64,000 nt of DNA from Escherichia coli (GTDB lineage Bacteria; Pseudomonadota; Gammaproteobacteria; Enterobacterales; Enterobacteriaceae). The position numbers and the translations under genes are program-made. The stretch is from the NCBI RefSeq assembly GCF_050920415.1, contig NZ_CP169309.1; one strand, 5' to 3'. The notes under the pieces are model-generated. The model was given only the letters and a program-made list of their open reading frames with translations. It ran no database searches and had not been told where the DNA came from. The number at the start of each line of letters is the position of its first letter. Position 1 is the stretch's first letter. Positions 23,996 to 35,897 of the stretch are shown one piece after another.

Positions 23996-26900
23996 ATGGC
24001 GACATTACGTGAGCTGATTATTAAAATCTCGGCAAATTCCCGGTCATTCCAGTCAGAGATCTCCCGGGCTTCGCGTATGGGGCAGGATTACTACCGTACC
24101 ATGCAGAACGGAGGCCGGCAGTCCGCTGCTGCATCCCGTGAAATGCGGCGTGCACTGGCAGAAGTGACGGATCAGATAAATACAGCTAAATCTTCGGCAC
24201 TGAATATGGCGGGGGCATTTGCCGGGGCTTTTGCTACCGGTCATCTTATTTCTCTCGCCGATGAGTGGAATTCAGTAAATGCCCGTCTGAAGCAGGCCTC
24301 ACAGTCCACTGATGATTTTCAGGTATCACAACGTGAATTAATGGCAATCAGCCAGAGAACGGGAACGGCGTTTTCTGATAACGCCAGCCTTTTTGCCCGC
24401 TCTGCAGCTTCCATGCGGGAGTATGGCTACAGTTCTGAGGAGGTACTGAAAGTCACCGAGGCTATCTCCACGGGCCTGAAATTATCCGGTGCCAGTGCAG
24501 CAGAAGCCAGTTCGGTGATCACGCAGTTCAGTCAGGCACTGGCGCAGGGAGTGCTGCGCGGTGAAGAATTTAACTCTGTGAATGAGAACGGCGATCGTGT
24601 TATTCGTGCGCTGGCTGCGGGAATGGGTGTTGCCCGTAAGGATCTGAAGGCCATGGCGGATAACGGAAAGTTGACCGCCGATAAGGTTGTTCCTGCACTG
24701 ATTAGTCAGCTTGGGGCGTTGCGTGATGAATATGCAGCAATGCCTGATACGGTTTCATCCTCTGCAACCAAAGTTGAAAACGCCTTTATGGCCTGGGTTG
24801 GTGGTGCGAACGAAGCAAGCGGAGTGACGAAGACGCTCTCCGGTGTGCTGAATGGTATTGCAGGCAATATTGACACTGTGGCAACCGCTGCCGGTGCTCT
24901 GGTTGCCGTCGGGGTAGCCCGATATTTTGGCAATATGGCATCTTCTGCTGGATCTGCAACTGCCGGATTAATTACTGCAGCCAGAAACGAAGTAGCTCTT
25001 GCGGAAGCGCAGCTCCGGGGGACGCAGATAGCAACCGCCAGGGCGCGTGCGGCGGTTTATCGTGCGCAACAGGCGGTCGCGGCTACCCGTGGTACTGAAA
25101 GACAGGCAGCCGCAGAAGCGAAACTGGCTGCTGCCCAGGCATCACTTACCCGTAATATTGCGGCCAGAACAGCAGCACAGACAACGCTGAATACTGTCAC
25201 GTCAGTGGGGAGTCGTTTATTAAGTGGTGCGCTGGGGCTGGTTGGTGGTGTGCCGGGACTCGTCATGCTGGGGGCGACGGCCTGGTACACGATGTATCAG
25301 AATCAGGAGCAGGCCAGAGAATCTGCACGCCAGTATGCCGCAACAATCGACGAAATTCGCCAGAAAACGTCGGCAATGTCGCTTCCTGAAGCGTCAGATA
25401 ATGAGGAAAAGACGCGGCAGGCACTGGAGGAACAAAATCGCCTGATTAACGAACAGGAAGGAAAAATTCGCGGACTGAAAAATCAAATTGCTGATTATCA
25501 ACGTTGGCTTGATGAAAGTTCGCAGAGTGGTTCTGGTGCTGAAATCATCCTTAAAGGGCTTGCAGAAGCAACAAATCAACTGGCAGTTGAACAGTCCCGT
25601 CTCACACAAATGCAGGGCAAAGCGCAATCCATTCAGGATGTGCTTGCCGGGCTGGAGGAGCGACGAGTGGCGTTGATCCGTCAACAGGCAGCGGAACAAA
25701 ACAAAGCGTATCAGTCCCTGTTGATCATGAATGGGAAGCATACCGAGTTTAATCGCCTTCTCGGGCTTGGTAATGAATTACTTCAGCAGCGACAGGGGCT
25801 GGTGAATGTACCGTTACGGCTACCACAGGCAACTCTGGATGATAAACAGCAGACCGCACTGAATAACAGCAAGCGCGAACTGGCTCTGTCCCGCCTTAAG
25901 GGGGAAGCGCGTGAGCGTGCCCGACTGGGCTATGCTGCGGATGATCTCGGCTTTGTGGGAGAGGCGTATCGGACAGCCAGACAGAATTATATCAATAACT
26001 CACTGGATGCCTGGCGAAATAACCAGGCAAATAAACCCAAAGCGCATAAAAAGACCGAAGCGGAAAAAACAGAAGATATTTATAAACGGCTGATTAAACA
26101 GCAAAAAGAACAGATAGCACTGGCAGGGCAGAATACTGAACTGGCTAAGATGAAATATCAGGTCAGTCAGGGCGAATTATCAACCCTGTCAGAAGCGCAG
26201 AAAAAAACGCTTTTGCAGAATGCAGCACTCATCGACCAGAAAAAGATTCGTGAGCAGCTTGCCGCGTATGAAAGCAGTCTGGCGGACAGTAATGCCAGTG
26301 CCCGGGCATCTGACGACGCGCAGTTGCTGGGATATGGTGAAGGCTCACGGATGCGTGAACGACTCCAGGAAATGTGGAGTATCCGGCATGAGTTTGAGCA
26401 GAAAAATAACGAGCTGCTGAGACAGTATCAGGCCGGAGAAATTGAAGAAGCCCTGTGGAAACAGGAGAAAGAACTGAATAAAAAATATCTGGAAGAGCGT
26501 CTCAGCGATCAGCAGGATTATTATGCAAAGGCCGATGCTTTACGTAATAACTGGAATGCCGGACTCCAGGAGGGACTGACCAACTGGGCAGACAGTGCCA
26601 CCGATTATGCTTCACAGGCGGCAGATGCTGTTGTTTCCACGATGGACGGGCTGGTATCAAATATTTCCGATGCACTGGCCGGGAATGTTGTGGAGTGGAG
26701 GAACTGGGGGAGTTCAGTTCTCCGGGAAGTTTCAAAAATTCTGATGAATGCGGCCATTGTTAACGGACTGAAGTCACTCTCCGGTGCCGGAGGGTGGCTT
26801 GGTACGGTCGGCGGATGGATTTCGGGGGCGGTGGCAAACGCAAAAGGTGGTGTTTACACATCGGCAAATCTGAGTGCTTACAGTAACACTATTGTGGATA

Positions 26901-27196
26901 CACCGACGTATTTTGCTTTTGCGAAAGGTGCCGGGCTGATGGGCGAGGCCGGGCCTGAAGCTATCATGCCACTGACACGGGCAGCGGACGGCTCTCTTGG
27001 GGTCAGGGCCATTGGCAATGTGAATGGTGGCGGTGGATTTGTTTATTCTCCCGTGTATCACATTAGCATTCAGAATCAAGGGAGCAATGGCGAGATAGAT
27101 ACGCGCTCAGCCAGGGGACTGGTGGATCTGATCGACAGCAGGGTTGTGTCAATTATGCAGTCATCGCGTCGGGATGGAGGATTATACAGTGCCTGA
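23996..27196 (+). CDS. Tail tape measure protein
   Basis: 1066 aa. Ala/Gln-rich and coiled-coil. Position after G/GT. Confidence 0.9.
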   Translation: MATLRELIIKISANSRSFQSEISRASRMGQDYYRTMQNGGRQSAAASREMRRALAEVTDQINTAKSSALNMAGAFAGAFATGHLISLADEWNSVNARLKQASQSTDDFQVSQRELMAISQRTGTAFSDNASLFARSAASMREYGYSSEEVLKVTEAISTGLKLSGASAAEASSVITQFSQALAQGVLRGEEFNSVNENGDRVIRALAAGMGVARKDLKAMADNGKLTADKVVPALISQLGALRDEYAAMPDTVSSSATKVENAFMAWVGGANEASGVTKTLSGVLNGIAGNIDTVATAAGALVAVGVARYFGNMASSAGSATAGLITAARNEVALAEAQLRGTQIATARARAAVYRAQQAVAATRGTERQAAAEAKLAAAQASLTRNIAARTAAQTTLNTVTSVGSRLLSGALGLVGGVPGLVMLGATAWYTMYQNQEQARESARQYAATIDEIRQKTSAMSLPEASDNEEKTRQALEEQNRLINEQEGKIRGLKNQIADYQRWLDESSQSGSGAEIILKGLAEATNQLAVEQSRLTQMQGKAQSIQDVLAGLEERRVALIRQQAAEQNKAYQSLLIMNGKHTEFNRLLGLGNELLQQRQGLVNVPLRLPQATLDDKQQTALNNSKRELALSRLKGEARERARLGYAADDLGFVGEAYRTARQNYINNSLDAWRNNQANKPKAHKKTEAEKTEDIYKRLIKQQKEQIALAGQNTELAKMKYQVSQGELSTLSEAQKKTLLQNAALIDQKKIREQLAAYESSLADSNASARASDDAQLLGYGEGSRMRERLQEMWSIRHEFEQKNNELLRQYQAGEIEEALWKQEKELNKKYLEERLSDQQDYYAKADALRNNWNAGLQEGLTNWADSATDYASQAADAVVSTMDGLVSNISDALAGNVVEWRNWGSSVLREVSKILMNAAIVNGLKSLSGAGGWLGTVGGWISGAVANAKGGVYTSANLSAYSNTIVDTPTYFAFAKGAGLMGEAGPEAIMPLTRAADGSLGVRAIGNVNGGGGFVYSPVYHISIQNQGSNGEIDTRSARGLVDLIDSRVVSIMQSSRRDGGLYSA

Positions 27197-27530
27197 GCCT
27201 GAAGTTTTTAACTGGATCCCCCGTGAGGGGATGGAGACGACACGAAAGCCATCAGTTATTACGGTAAAGTTTGGTGACGGATATGAACAGCGACGGGCTG
27301 GTGGGCTGAATGCGGATCTGAAAACGTTTAAACCGGTATTTCGTGTCACAGATGAATACTCCCGTGCCGCGCTGGACAGTTTTTTATCCCGTCATGCCGG
27401 GATTCGTGCTTTTTTGTGGCGCCCGCCAAAACACAACAGGACTGTCCGGGTTGTCTGCAGGGAGTGGAGCATTTCGGATAATGCCATGTATACCGATTTT
27501 AACTGTACCTTTGAAGAGGTCACTCACTGA
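27189..27530 (+). CDS. M: Minor tail protein M
   Basis: GTG start after GGAGG. KFGDGYEQRRAGGLNADLKTF and FLWRPP match lambda gpM (from memory). Confidence 0.8.
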   Translation: MPEPEVFNWIPREGMETTRKPSVITVKFGDGYEQRRAGGLNADLKTFKPVFRVTDEYSRAALDSFLSRHAGIRAFLWRPPKHNRTVRVVCREWSISDNAMYTDFNCTFEEVTH

Positions 27531-28228
27531 TGCAGGATATACAGCAGGAAACACTCAATGAGTGCACTAAAACGGAGCAATCCGCGCTGGTCGTGCTCTG
27601 GGAAATTGATCTGACAGAGGTCGGCGGAGATCGTTACTTTTTCTGCAATGAGCAGAACGAAAAAGGTGAACCAGTCACCTGGCAGGGGCGGCAGTATCAG
27701 GCCTATCCCATTCAGGGAAGTGGATTTGAGATGAACGGCAAAGGAGCCAGTGCAAGGCCAACGCTGAAAGTCTCTAATCTGCACGGCATGGTCACCGGGA
27801 TGGCGGAAGACCTGCAGAGTCTGGTCGGCGGAACGGTGGTCCGGCGTAAGGTTTACGCCCGTTTTCTGGATGCGGTGAACTTCGTCAACGGAAACAGTGA
27901 CGCCGATCCGGAGCAGGAGGTGATCAGCCGCTGGCGCATCGAGCAGTGCAGCGAACTGAGCGCGGTGAGTGCCTCCTTTGTACTGTCCACGCCGACGGAA
28001 ACGGATGGCGCTGTTTTTCCGGGACGTATCATGCTGGCCAACACCTGCACCTGGACCTATCGCGGTGATGAGTGCGGTTATCACGGTCCGGCAGTCGCGG
28101 ATGAATATGACCAGCTGACGTCCGATACCACGAAAGATAAATGCAGCAAATGCCTGAGTGGCTGTAAGTTTCGCAATAACGTCGGCAACTTTGGCGGCTT
28201 CCTTTCCATTAACAAACTTTCGCAGTAA
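27530..28228 (+). CDS. L: Minor tail protein L
   Basis: 232 aa, lambda gpL-like, including the C-terminal Cys cluster CSKCLSGCKFRNN. Confidence 0.9.
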   Translation: MQDIQQETLNECTKTEQSALVVLWEIDLTEVGGDRYFFCNEQNEKGEPVTWQGRQYQAYPIQGSGFEMNGKGASARPTLKVSNLHGMVTGMAEDLQSLVGGTVVRRKVYARFLDAVNFVNGNSDADPEQEVISRWRIEQCSELSAVSASFVLSTPTETDGAVFPGRIMLANTCTWTYRGDECGYHGPAVADEYDQLTSDTTKDKCSKCLSGCKFRNNVGNFGGFLSINKLSQ

Positions 28229-28232
28229 ACCC

Positions 28233-28976
28233 ATGACAGAAACAGAATCAGCGATTCTGGCGCACGCCCGGCGATGTGCGCCAGCGGAGTCGTGCGGCTT
28301 CGTGGTGAGAGCGCCGGAGGGGGAAAGATATTTTCCCTGCATGAATATTTCCGGTGAGCCGGAGGGTTATTTCCGGATGTCGCCGGAAGACTGGCTGCAG
28401 GCAGAGATGCAGGGTGAGATTGTGGCGCTGGTCCACAGCCACCCCGGTGGTCTGCCCTGGCTGAGTGAGGCCGACCGGCGGCTGCAGGTGCAGAGTGATT
28501 TGCCGTGGTGGCTGGTCTGCCTGGGCGTGATTCACAAGTTCCGCTGTGTGCCGTATCTCACCGGGCGGCGCTTTGAGCACGGAGTGACGGACTGTTACAC
28601 GCTGTTCCGGGACGCTTACCATCTGGCGGGAATTGAGATGCCGGATTTTCATCGCGAGGATGACTGGTGGCGTCACGGTCAGAATCTCTATCTTGACAAT
28701 ATGGAGGCAACGGGTTTTTACCGTGTCGCACTGACAGAGGCGCAGCCGGGCGACGTGCTGCTGTGCAGCTTTGGTTCATCGGTGCCGAATCATGCTGCCA
28801 TTTACTGTGGCGACGGCGAGCTGCTGCACCATATTCCTGAACAACTGAGTAAACGAGAGAGGTACACCGACAAATGGCAGCGACGCACACACTCCCTCTG
28901 GCGTCACCGGGCATGGCACGCATCTGCCTTTACGGGGATTTGCAACGATTTGGCCGCCGCATCGACCTTCGTGTGA
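28233..28976 (+). CDS. K: Tail assembly protein K (MPN/JAB plus NlpC/P60)
   Basis: ATG at 28233. ESCGFVV...HSHP (JAB) and a C-terminal NlpC/P60-like region. Confidence 0.85.
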   Translation: MTETESAILAHARRCAPAESCGFVVRAPEGERYFPCMNISGEPEGYFRMSPEDWLQAEMQGEIVALVHSHPGGLPWLSEADRRLQVQSDLPWWLVCLGVIHKFRCVPYLTGRRFEHGVTDCYTLFRDAYHLAGIEMPDFHREDDWWRHGQNLYLDNMEATGFYRVALTEAQPGDVLLCSFGSSVPNHAAIYCGDGELLHHIPEQLSKRERYTDKWQRRTHSLWRHRAWHASAFTGICNDLAAASTFV

Positions 28977-29521
28977 AAACGGGGGCTGAAGCCATCCGGG
29001 CGCTGGCCACACAGCTCCCGGCGTTTCGTCAGAAACTGAGCGATGGCTGGTATCAGATACGGATTGCCGGGCGTGATACAGGTGAAAACGAATTATCAGC
29101 CCGTCTGAATGAGCCGCTGGAAAATGGTGCCGTGATCCACATCGTACCGCGTCTGGCGGGTGCTAAAAGTGGCGGTATTTTTCAGGCAGTGCTGGGGGCG
29201 GCGTTGATTGCGGTTGCATGGTGGAACCCTGTGGGCTGGCTGGGGGCCGCGGCTGTATCGGGTATGTATGCGGCAGGGGCCAGTATGATCCTGGGCGGTG
29301 TTGCACAGATGCTGGCCCCCAAACCCAGAACCCCCCGAACACAGACAACGGATAACGGTAAGCAGAACACCTATTTCTCCTCACTGGATAACATGGTTGC
29401 CCAGGGCAATGTTCTGCCTGTTCTGTACGGTGAAATGCGCGTGGGGTCACGCGTGGTTTCTCAGGAGATCAGCACGGCAGACGAAGGGGACGGTGGTCAG
29501 GTTGTGGTGATTGGTCGCTGA
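28874..29521 (+). CDS. I: Tail assembly protein I
   Basis: MAATHTLPLASPGMARICLYGDLQRFGRRIDLRVKTGAEAIRAL is near-identical to lambda gpI (from memory). Confidence 0.85.
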   Translation: MAATHTLPLASPGMARICLYGDLQRFGRRIDLRVKTGAEAIRALATQLPAFRQKLSDGWYQIRIAGRDTGENELSARLNEPLENGAVIHIVPRLAGAKSGGIFQAVLGAALIAVAWWNPVGWLGAAAVSGMYAAGASMILGGVAQMLAPKPRTPRTQTTDNGKQNTYFSSLDNMVAQGNVLPVLYGEMRVGSRVVSQEISTADEGDGGQVVVIGR

Positions 29522-29581
29522 TGCAAAATGTTTTATGTGAAACCGCCTGCGGGCGGTTTTATCGTTTATGGAGCGTGAGGA

Positions 29582-32500
29582 ATGGGTAAAGGCAGCAGTA
29601 AGGGGCATACCCCGCGCGAAGCGAAGGACAACCTGAAGTCCACGCAGCTGCTGAGTGTGATCGATGCCATCAGCGAAGGGCCGGTTGAAGGTCCGGTGGA
29701 TGGATTAAAAAGCGTGCTGCTGAACAGTACACCTGTGCTGGACAGAGAGGGGAATACCAATATCTCCGGCGTCACGGTGGTGTTCCGGGCCGGTGAGCAG
29801 GAGCAGACACCGCCGGAGGGGTTTGAATCCTCCGGCTCCGAGACGGTGCTGGGTACGGAAGTGAAATATGACACGCCGATCACCCGCACCATTACGTCTG
29901 CAAACATCGACCGTCTGCGCTTTACCTTCGGTGTACAGGCACTGGTGGAAACCACCTCAAAGGGTGACAGGAATCCGTCGGAAGTCCGCCTGCTGGTTCA
30001 GATACAACGTAACGGTGGCTGGGTGACGGAAAAAGACATCACCATTAAGGGCAAAACCACCTCGCAGTATCTGGCCTCGGTGGTGGTGGGTAACCTGCCG
30101 CCGCGCCCGTTCAACATCCGGATGCGCAGGATGACGCCGGACAGCACCACAGACCAGCTGCAGAACAAAACGCTCTGGTCGTCATACACTGAAATTATCG
30201 ATGTGAAACAGTGCTACCCGAACACGGCACTGGTCGGCGTGCAGGTGGACTCGGAGCAGTTCGGCAGCCAGCAGGTGAGCCGTAATTATCATCTGCGCGG
30301 GCGTATTCTGCAGGTGCCGTCGAACTATAACCCGCAGACGCGGCAATACAGCGGTATCTGGGACGGGACGTTTAAACCGGCATACAGCAACAATATGGCA
30401 TGGTGTCTGTGGGATATGCTGACCCATCCGCGCTACGGCATGGGGAAACGTCTTGGTGCGGCGGATGTGGACAAATGGGCGCTGTATGTCATCGGCCAGT
30501 ACTGCGACCAGTCGGTGCCGGACGGCTTTGGCGGCACGGAGCCGCGCATCACCTGTAATGCGTACCTGACCACACAGCGCAAGGCGTGGGATGTGCTCAG
30601 TGATTTCTGCTCGGCGATGCGCTGTATGCCGGTATGGAACGGGCAGACGCTGACGTTCGTGCAGGACCGACCATCAGATAAGGTGTGGACCTATAACCGC
30701 AGTAATGTGGTGATGCCGGATGATGGCGCGCCGTTCCGCTACAGCTTCAGCGCCCTGAAGGACCGCCATAATGCCGTTGAGGTGAACTGGATTGACCCGA
30801 ACAACGGCTGGGAGACGGCGACAGAGCTTGTTGAAGATACGCAGGCCATTGCCCGTTACGGTCGTAATGTTACGAAGATGGATGCCTTTGGCTGTACCAG
30901 CCGGGGGCAGGCACACCGCGCCGGGCTGTGGCTGATTAAAACGGAGCTGCTGGAGACGCAGACCGTGGATTTCAGCGTGGGTGCCGAAGGGCTTCGCCAT
31001 GTGCCGGGTGATGTTATTGAAATCTGCGATGATGACTATGCCGGTATCCGCACCGGCGGGCGCGTGCTGGCTGTGAACAGCCAGACCCGGACGCTGACGC
31101 TCGACCGTGAAATCACGCTGCCATCCTCCGGTACCACGCTGATAAGCCTGGTTGACGGAAGTGGCAATCCGGTCAGCGTGGAGGTCCAGTCCGTCACCGA
31201 CGGCGTGAAGGTAAAAGTGAGCCGTGTTCCTGACGGCGTTGCCGGATACAGCGTATGGGGGCTGAAGCTGCCGACGCTGCGCCAGCGCCTGTTCCGCTGC
31301 GTGAGTATCCGTGAGAACGATGACGGCACGTATGCCATCACCGCCGTGCAGCATGTACCGGAAAAAGAGGCCATCGTGGATAACGGGGCGCACTTTGACG
31401 GCGACCAGAGCGGCACGGTGAATGGTGTCACGCCGCCAGCGGTGCAGCACCTGACTGCCGAAGTCACCGCAGACAGCGGGGAATATCAGGTGCTGGCGCG
31501 CTGGGACACGCCGAAGGTGGTGAAGGGCGTGAGCTTCCTGCTCCGTCTGACCGTAACAGCGGATGACGGCAGTGAGCGGCTGGTCAGCACGGCCCGGACG
31601 ACGGAAACCACATACCGCTTCAGGCAGCTGACGCTGGGGCGTTACAGGCTGACAGTCCGGGCGGTAAATGCGTGGGGGCAGCAGGGCGATCCGGCATCGG
31701 TATCGTTCCGGATTGCCGCACCGGCAGCGCCGTCGCGGATTGAGCTGACACCGGGGTATTTTCAGATAACGGCGGTCCCGAAACTGGCTGTATATGACCC
31801 GACGGTGCAGTTTGATTTCTGGTTCTCGGAAAAACGGATTGCGGATATCAGGCAGGTTGAAACCACAGCCCGCTATCTTGGCACGGCGCTGTACTGGATA
31901 GCTGCCAGTATCAATATCAGGCCGGGCCATGATTATTATTTTTACGTTCGCAGTGTGAACACCGTTGGCAAATCGGCATTCGTGGAGGCTGTTGGTCAGC
32001 CGAGTGATGATGCATCCGGCTATCTGGATTTTTTCAAAGGCGAGATAGGAAAAACCCATCTGGCTCAGGAGCTGTGGACGCAGATTGATAACGGTCAGCT
32101 GGCGCCTGATCTGGCTGAAATCAGGACGTCCATTACGGATGTCAGCAATGAAATCACACAGACCGTCAATAAGAAACTGGAAGACCAGAGTGCGGCAATT
32201 CAGCAGATACAGAAGGTTCAGGTTGATACAAATAATAACCTGAACAGCATGTGGGCTGTGAAGCTGCAGCAGATGCAGGACGGACGCCTTTATATCGCGG
32301 GTATTGGTGCCGGTATTGAGAACACCCCTGACGGCATGCAGAGTCAGGTGCTGCTGGCGGCGGACAGGATTGCGATGGTTAATCCTGCGAATGGCAACAC
32401 AAAACCGATGTTTGTTGGTCAGGGCGATCAGATATTCATGAACGACGTGTTCCTGAAGCGCCTGACGGCCCCCACCATTACCAGCGGCGGCAATCCCCCG

Positions 32501-33061
32501 GCCTTTTCCCTGACACCGGACGGAAAGCTGACGGCTAAAAATGCGGATATCAGTGGCAGTGTGAATGCGAACTCCGGGACGCTCAACAACGTCACGATTA
32601 ATGAGAACTGTCAGATTAAGGGGAAACTGTCAGCCAATCAGATTGAAGGCGATATTGTCAAAACAGTGGGTAAGGCTTTCCCGCGGGACTCCCGGGCACC
32701 GGAGCGGTGGCCATCAGGGACCATTACCGTCAGGATTTATGACGATCAGCCTTTTGACAGGCAAATTGTTATTCCAGCGGTGGCATTCTGCGGCGCTAAA
32801 CATGAGCGGGAGAATAACGATATTTATTCGTCATGCCGCCTGATAGTGAAGAAAAATGGTGCTGAAATTTATAACCGTACCGCGCTGGATAATACGCTGA
32901 TTTACAGTGGTGTTATTGATATGCCAGCTGGTCACGGCCACATGACGCTGGAGTTTTCGGTGTCAGCATGGCTGGTAAATGACTGGTATCCCACAGCAAG
33001 TATCAGCGATTTGCTGGTTGTGGTGATGAAGAAAGCCACCGCAGGCATCAGTATCAGCTGA
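29582..33061 (+). CDS. J: Host specificity protein J (central tail fibre)
   Basis: 1159 aa, lambda gpJ-like throughout. Confidence 0.95.
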   Translation: MGKGSSKGHTPREAKDNLKSTQLLSVIDAISEGPVEGPVDGLKSVLLNSTPVLDREGNTNISGVTVVFRAGEQEQTPPEGFESSGSETVLGTEVKYDTPITRTITSANIDRLRFTFGVQALVETTSKGDRNPSEVRLLVQIQRNGGWVTEKDITIKGKTTSQYLASVVVGNLPPRPFNIRMRRMTPDSTTDQLQNKTLWSSYTEIIDVKQCYPNTALVGVQVDSEQFGSQQVSRNYHLRGRILQVPSNYNPQTRQYSGIWDGTFKPAYSNNMAWCLWDMLTHPRYGMGKRLGAADVDKWALYVIGQYCDQSVPDGFGGTEPRITCNAYLTTQRKAWDVLSDFCSAMRCMPVWNGQTLTFVQDRPSDKVWTYNRSNVVMPDDGAPFRYSFSALKDRHNAVEVNWIDPNNGWETATELVEDTQAIARYGRNVTKMDAFGCTSRGQAHRAGLWLIKTELLETQTVDFSVGAEGLRHVPGDVIEICDDDYAGIRTGGRVLAVNSQTRTLTLDREITLPSSGTTLISLVDGSGNPVSVEVQSVTDGVKVKVSRVPDGVAGYSVWGLKLPTLRQRLFRCVSIRENDDGTYAITAVQHVPEKEAIVDNGAHFDGDQSGTVNGVTPPAVQHLTAEVTADSGEYQVLARWDTPKVVKGVSFLLRLTVTADDGSERLVSTARTTETTYRFRQLTLGRYRLTVRAVNAWGQQGDPASVSFRIAAPAAPSRIELTPGYFQITAVPKLAVYDPTVQFDFWFSEKRIADIRQVETTARYLGTALYWIAASINIRPGHDYYFYVRSVNTVGKSAFVEAVGQPSDDASGYLDFFKGEIGKTHLAQELWTQIDNGQLAPDLAEIRTSITDVSNEITQTVNKKLEDQSAAIQQIQKVQVDTNNNLNSMWAVKLQQMQDGRLYIAGIGAGIENTPDGMQSQVLLAADRIAMVNPANGNTKPMFVGQGDQIFMNDVFLKRLTAPTITSGGNPPAFSLTPDGKLTAKNADISGSVNANSGTLNNVTINENCQIKGKLSANQIEGDIVKTVGKAFPRDSRAPERWPSGTITVRIYDDQPFDRQIVIPAVAFCGAKHERENNDIYSSCRLIVKKNGAEIYNRTALDNTLIYSGVIDMPAGHGHMTLEFSVSAWLVNDWYPTASISDLLVVVMKKATAGISIS

Positions 33062-33081
33062 ATTTTATAACCCCAATACGG

Positions 33082-33103
33082 GCGCCAGAAATGGCGCTTT
33101 TTT
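33082..33103 (+). terminator. Intrinsic terminator after J
   Basis: GCGCCA-gaaa-TGGCGC followed by T6. Confidence 0.5.
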
Positions 33104-33127
33104 ATTGCAGAAAAGCGAGAGGTAATT

Positions 33128-33727
33128 ATGCGTAAATTATGTGCTGTTATTCTGTCTGCAGTAGTCTGGCTGGTCGCCGCTGGTACGCCAGCGAGTGCAG
33201 CAGAGCATCAGTCCACACTAAGCGGCGGGTATCTTCAGTCCCATACTGATATGCCCGGAAACGATGACCTGAAGGGCATTAACGTGAAATACCGTTATGA
33301 ATTTACGGACACGCTGGGGCTGATTACGTCATTCAGTTATGCCAACGCTGAAGATGAGCAAAAAACGCATTACAGCGATACCCGCTGGCATGAAGATTCC
33401 GTGCGTAACCGCTGGTTCAGCGTGATGGCGGGGCCGTCTGTGCGCGTGAATGAATGGTTCAGCGCGTATGCGATGGCGGGTATGGCTTACAGCCGTGTTT
33501 CGACTTTCTCCGGAGATTATATCCGCGTAACTGACAACAAGGGGAAAAAGCACGATGTGCTGACCGGAAGTGATGACGGTCGCCACAGCAACACGTCTCT
33601 GGCGTGGGGGGCTGGCGTGCAGTTTAACCCGACCGAATCCGTGGCCATTGATATTGCTTATGAAGGCTCCGGCAGTGGTGACTGGCGCATTGACGGTTTC
33701 ATCGTGGGTGTCGGTTATAAATTCTGA
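33128..33727 (+). CDS. lom: Lom/Ail-family outer membrane beta-barrel protein
   Basis: Signal peptide ending ASA. Ail/Lom motifs ([10 protein letters not shown], final F). Confidence 0.85.
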   Translation: MRKLCAVILSAVVWLVAAGTPASAAEHQSTLSGGYLQSHTDMPGNDDLKGINVKYRYEFTDTLGLITSFSYANAEDEQKTHYSDTRWHEDSVRNRWFSVMAGPSVRVNEWFSAYAMAGMAYSRVSTFSGDYIRVTDNKGKKHDVLTGSDDGRHSNTSLAWGAGVQFNPTESVAIDIAYEGSGSGDWRIDGFIVGVGYKF

Positions 33728-33753
33728 TTAGCCAGGTAACACAGTGTTATGAC

Positions 33754-33782
33754 AGCCCGCCGGGTTCAGGCGGGCTTTTTTG
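33754..33782 (+). terminator. Intrinsic terminator after lom
   Basis: AGCCCGCC-gggttca-GGCGGGCT followed by T7. Confidence 0.6.
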
Positions 33783-33792
33783 TGGGGTGAAT

Positions 33793-35883
33793 ATGGCAGT
33801 AAAGATTTCAGGTGTCCTGAAGGACGGAGCGGGTGAGCCTGTCGTAAACTGTGCGATTGAATTGCGTGCCAGAAGAACCAGTCCGACAGTTGTGGTTAAT
33901 ATTGTGGCAACCTGTCTTACGGGAAGTGATGGTGGGTATACTATTAATGCTGAGCCGGGATTTTATGATGTATTTTTGTCCCGCTCAGGGCATCCTCCTG
34001 TAAAGGCGGGGGAAATTTATGTTGCACCGACAGATGAGCCGGATACGCTGAATGCTTTTCTGGATGCACCAAAGGAGGGTGATTTACGCCCTGAGGTAAT
34101 GAAGCGTTTTGAGGAAATGATAAATACCGTTTTTCGCTTGTCTGAGCAGGTGGTCAGTGACAGGGAGAGAGCAGAAACAGCTGCTGATGATGCAATCAAT
34201 GCAGCAACATCTGCGGCGGTTAGTAAGGATGAGGCAGAAGAGCTAAAAAATCAGACACAGCAGAGCGCCGAAGCTGCAGCCGGAAACGCACAGCAGACGG
34301 CACAGGATGTGACGACAACCGCAACGGCCCGTGATGATGCGGAACGTTTTGCGGGTGAGGCAGAAAACAGCGCACAGTCATCAGGCACATCGCGGGATGA
34401 ATCAGTCGATGCCGCCGAACGTGCCCGCCTTTATCATAATGCCGCATCATCAGCTGCAACCAGCGCGGAAAATGCAGCAAATGCTGCACTCGGGCATGAA
34501 AATAACGCTGCCGAATACGCCCGACAGGCTAAAGACAGCCAGGATGCAGGTGCAGACAATGCGCAGGAAGCGAAACAGTACAGGGATGAGGCGCAGCAGA
34601 TAGTTGATGACCTGAATGCAACAAATGCCAGCACGACAGAAAAAGGTCTGGTGCAACTGTGTAGTGATACGGACAACGACAGCGATGAACTGGCTGCCAC
34701 GCCAAAGGCTGTCAAAGCCGTCATGGACGAAACGAAAACAAAAGCGCCACTGGACAGCCCGGCCTTCACCGGCACCCCAACCACCCCAACCCCACCGGAT
34801 GATGCCGCCGGTCTGGAAGCAGCGAACGCAGCGTTTGTGCGCAAACTGCTTGCTGCGCTGGTTGGCTCATCGCCGGAAGTTCTGGACACCCTGAACGAGC
34901 TGGCAGCGGCGCTGGGCAATGACCCGAACTTTGCGACGACAATCACAAACGCGCTGGCAGGCAAACAACCGCTTAATGACGTCTTAACGGCAATCAGCGC
35001 ACTGACGCAACGGGCAGATAATCTTCTGTACTTCAATACGGACGGGAATGCCTCACTGTCTCCGCTGTCAGAGAAGGCCCGCGCATTACTGGCGCATGAC
35101 ACGGCTGAAGCCATGCGCACGGAGCTTGAGCTGAACGCGGCTGCGACGATGGAACCCCAGAGTGATATCCGTGACCGCACACCGGGCAGGCTGGCCCTGT
35201 CCGGGATGTATGGGTTTGGACAGGCATTCACCAGCGCCGAAGCTCTGTCATTTAACGGACAGGCTGATTTCGTTATATGGCTGCAGACAGTCACCCCGGG
35301 GCGTTATGCGGTCAGTATTGCGGACTCCTCCACGCTGCTGAAGGGGACCACGAAATTTAACGGTATCATTGATGTGATGTGGTCACCGTCTGATAACGAC
35401 GAATCAGACACGGCGCGTAAATTCAAAACGCTGCTGTACTACAACCAGTATTACGAGGATGAGCACAGCATACATTGTATGCGTTATCGCTACAGTGGTA
35501 ACAGCTGGAATGCAACATCAAGCCTTATTGTGTATGACGGCAACTCCCTGGCATATCTGATGTCCTCAACCGCCGGTAATGGTCCGTTCTCATATTACAA
35601 ATACCCGGCCGTCGGTGTGCCGATAATGGCGGTATATCAGGGAGAAAGTTTTGGTGAAAATGCTTCTCTGGGACTCGGTGATACTGTGCCGGGTTCCCGT
35701 CTTGGTCCTCTGGCCATGAGTGCACAGGTTAGTGATACAGGGACATACGCATCCTCACCGCAGGTTGTGATTGGCGGTGCCGGTGAATACAACTTCCCCG
35801 GTCGTTACACGGCGCTTTCGGGCCTGGGTAACAATTATGGTACTCAGCGTGGCTTTATCGGTCTTTTTGTACGCATTGAGTAA
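33793..35883 (+). CDS. stf: Side tail fibre protein (Stf-like)
   Basis: N-terminus MAVKISGVLKDGAGEPV. Ala-rich repeat shaft. The conserved TTEKGLVQL...ATPKAVKAVMDE...LNELAAALGNDPNFA block is present, followed by a divergent C-terminal domain. Confidence 0.85.
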   Translation: MAVKISGVLKDGAGEPVVNCAIELRARRTSPTVVVNIVATCLTGSDGGYTINAEPGFYDVFLSRSGHPPVKAGEIYVAPTDEPDTLNAFLDAPKEGDLRPEVMKRFEEMINTVFRLSEQVVSDRERAETAADDAINAATSAAVSKDEAEELKNQTQQSAEAAAGNAQQTAQDVTTTATARDDAERFAGEAENSAQSSGTSRDESVDAAERARLYHNAASSAATSAENAANAALGHENNAAEYARQAKDSQDAGADNAQEAKQYRDEAQQIVDDLNATNASTTEKGLVQLCSDTDNDSDELAATPKAVKAVMDETKTKAPLDSPAFTGTPTTPTPPDDAAGLEAANAAFVRKLLAALVGSSPEVLDTLNELAAALGNDPNFATTITNALAGKQPLNDVLTAISALTQRADNLLYFNTDGNASLSPLSEKARALLAHDTAEAMRTELELNAAATMEPQSDIRDRTPGRLALSGMYGFGQAFTSAEALSFNGQADFVIWLQTVTPGRYAVSIADSSTLLKGTTKFNGIIDVMWSPSDNDESDTARKFKTLLYYNQYYEDEHSIHCMRYRYSGNSWNATSSLIVYDGNSLAYLMSSTAGNGPFSYYKYPAVGVPIMAVYQGESFGENASLGLGDTVPGSRLGPLAMSAQVSDTGTYASSPQVVIGGAGEYNFPGRYTALSGLGNNYGTQRGFIGLFVRIE

Positions 35884-35897
35884 TGAGGAAATCAGGC

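Noticed and set aside
30674-32059. 461-aa minus-strand ORF inside gene J (also 29566..29955 and 31036..31467)
   Set aside because: Antisense shadow ORFs within a clearly homologous gpJ gene. Arg/Pro/Gly-rich low-complexity translation and no start context.
34434-35294. 286-aa minus-strand ORF inside stf
   Set aside because: Antisense to the Ala-rich tail-fibre shaft. The Ser/Ala-rich translation is typical of a shadow frame.
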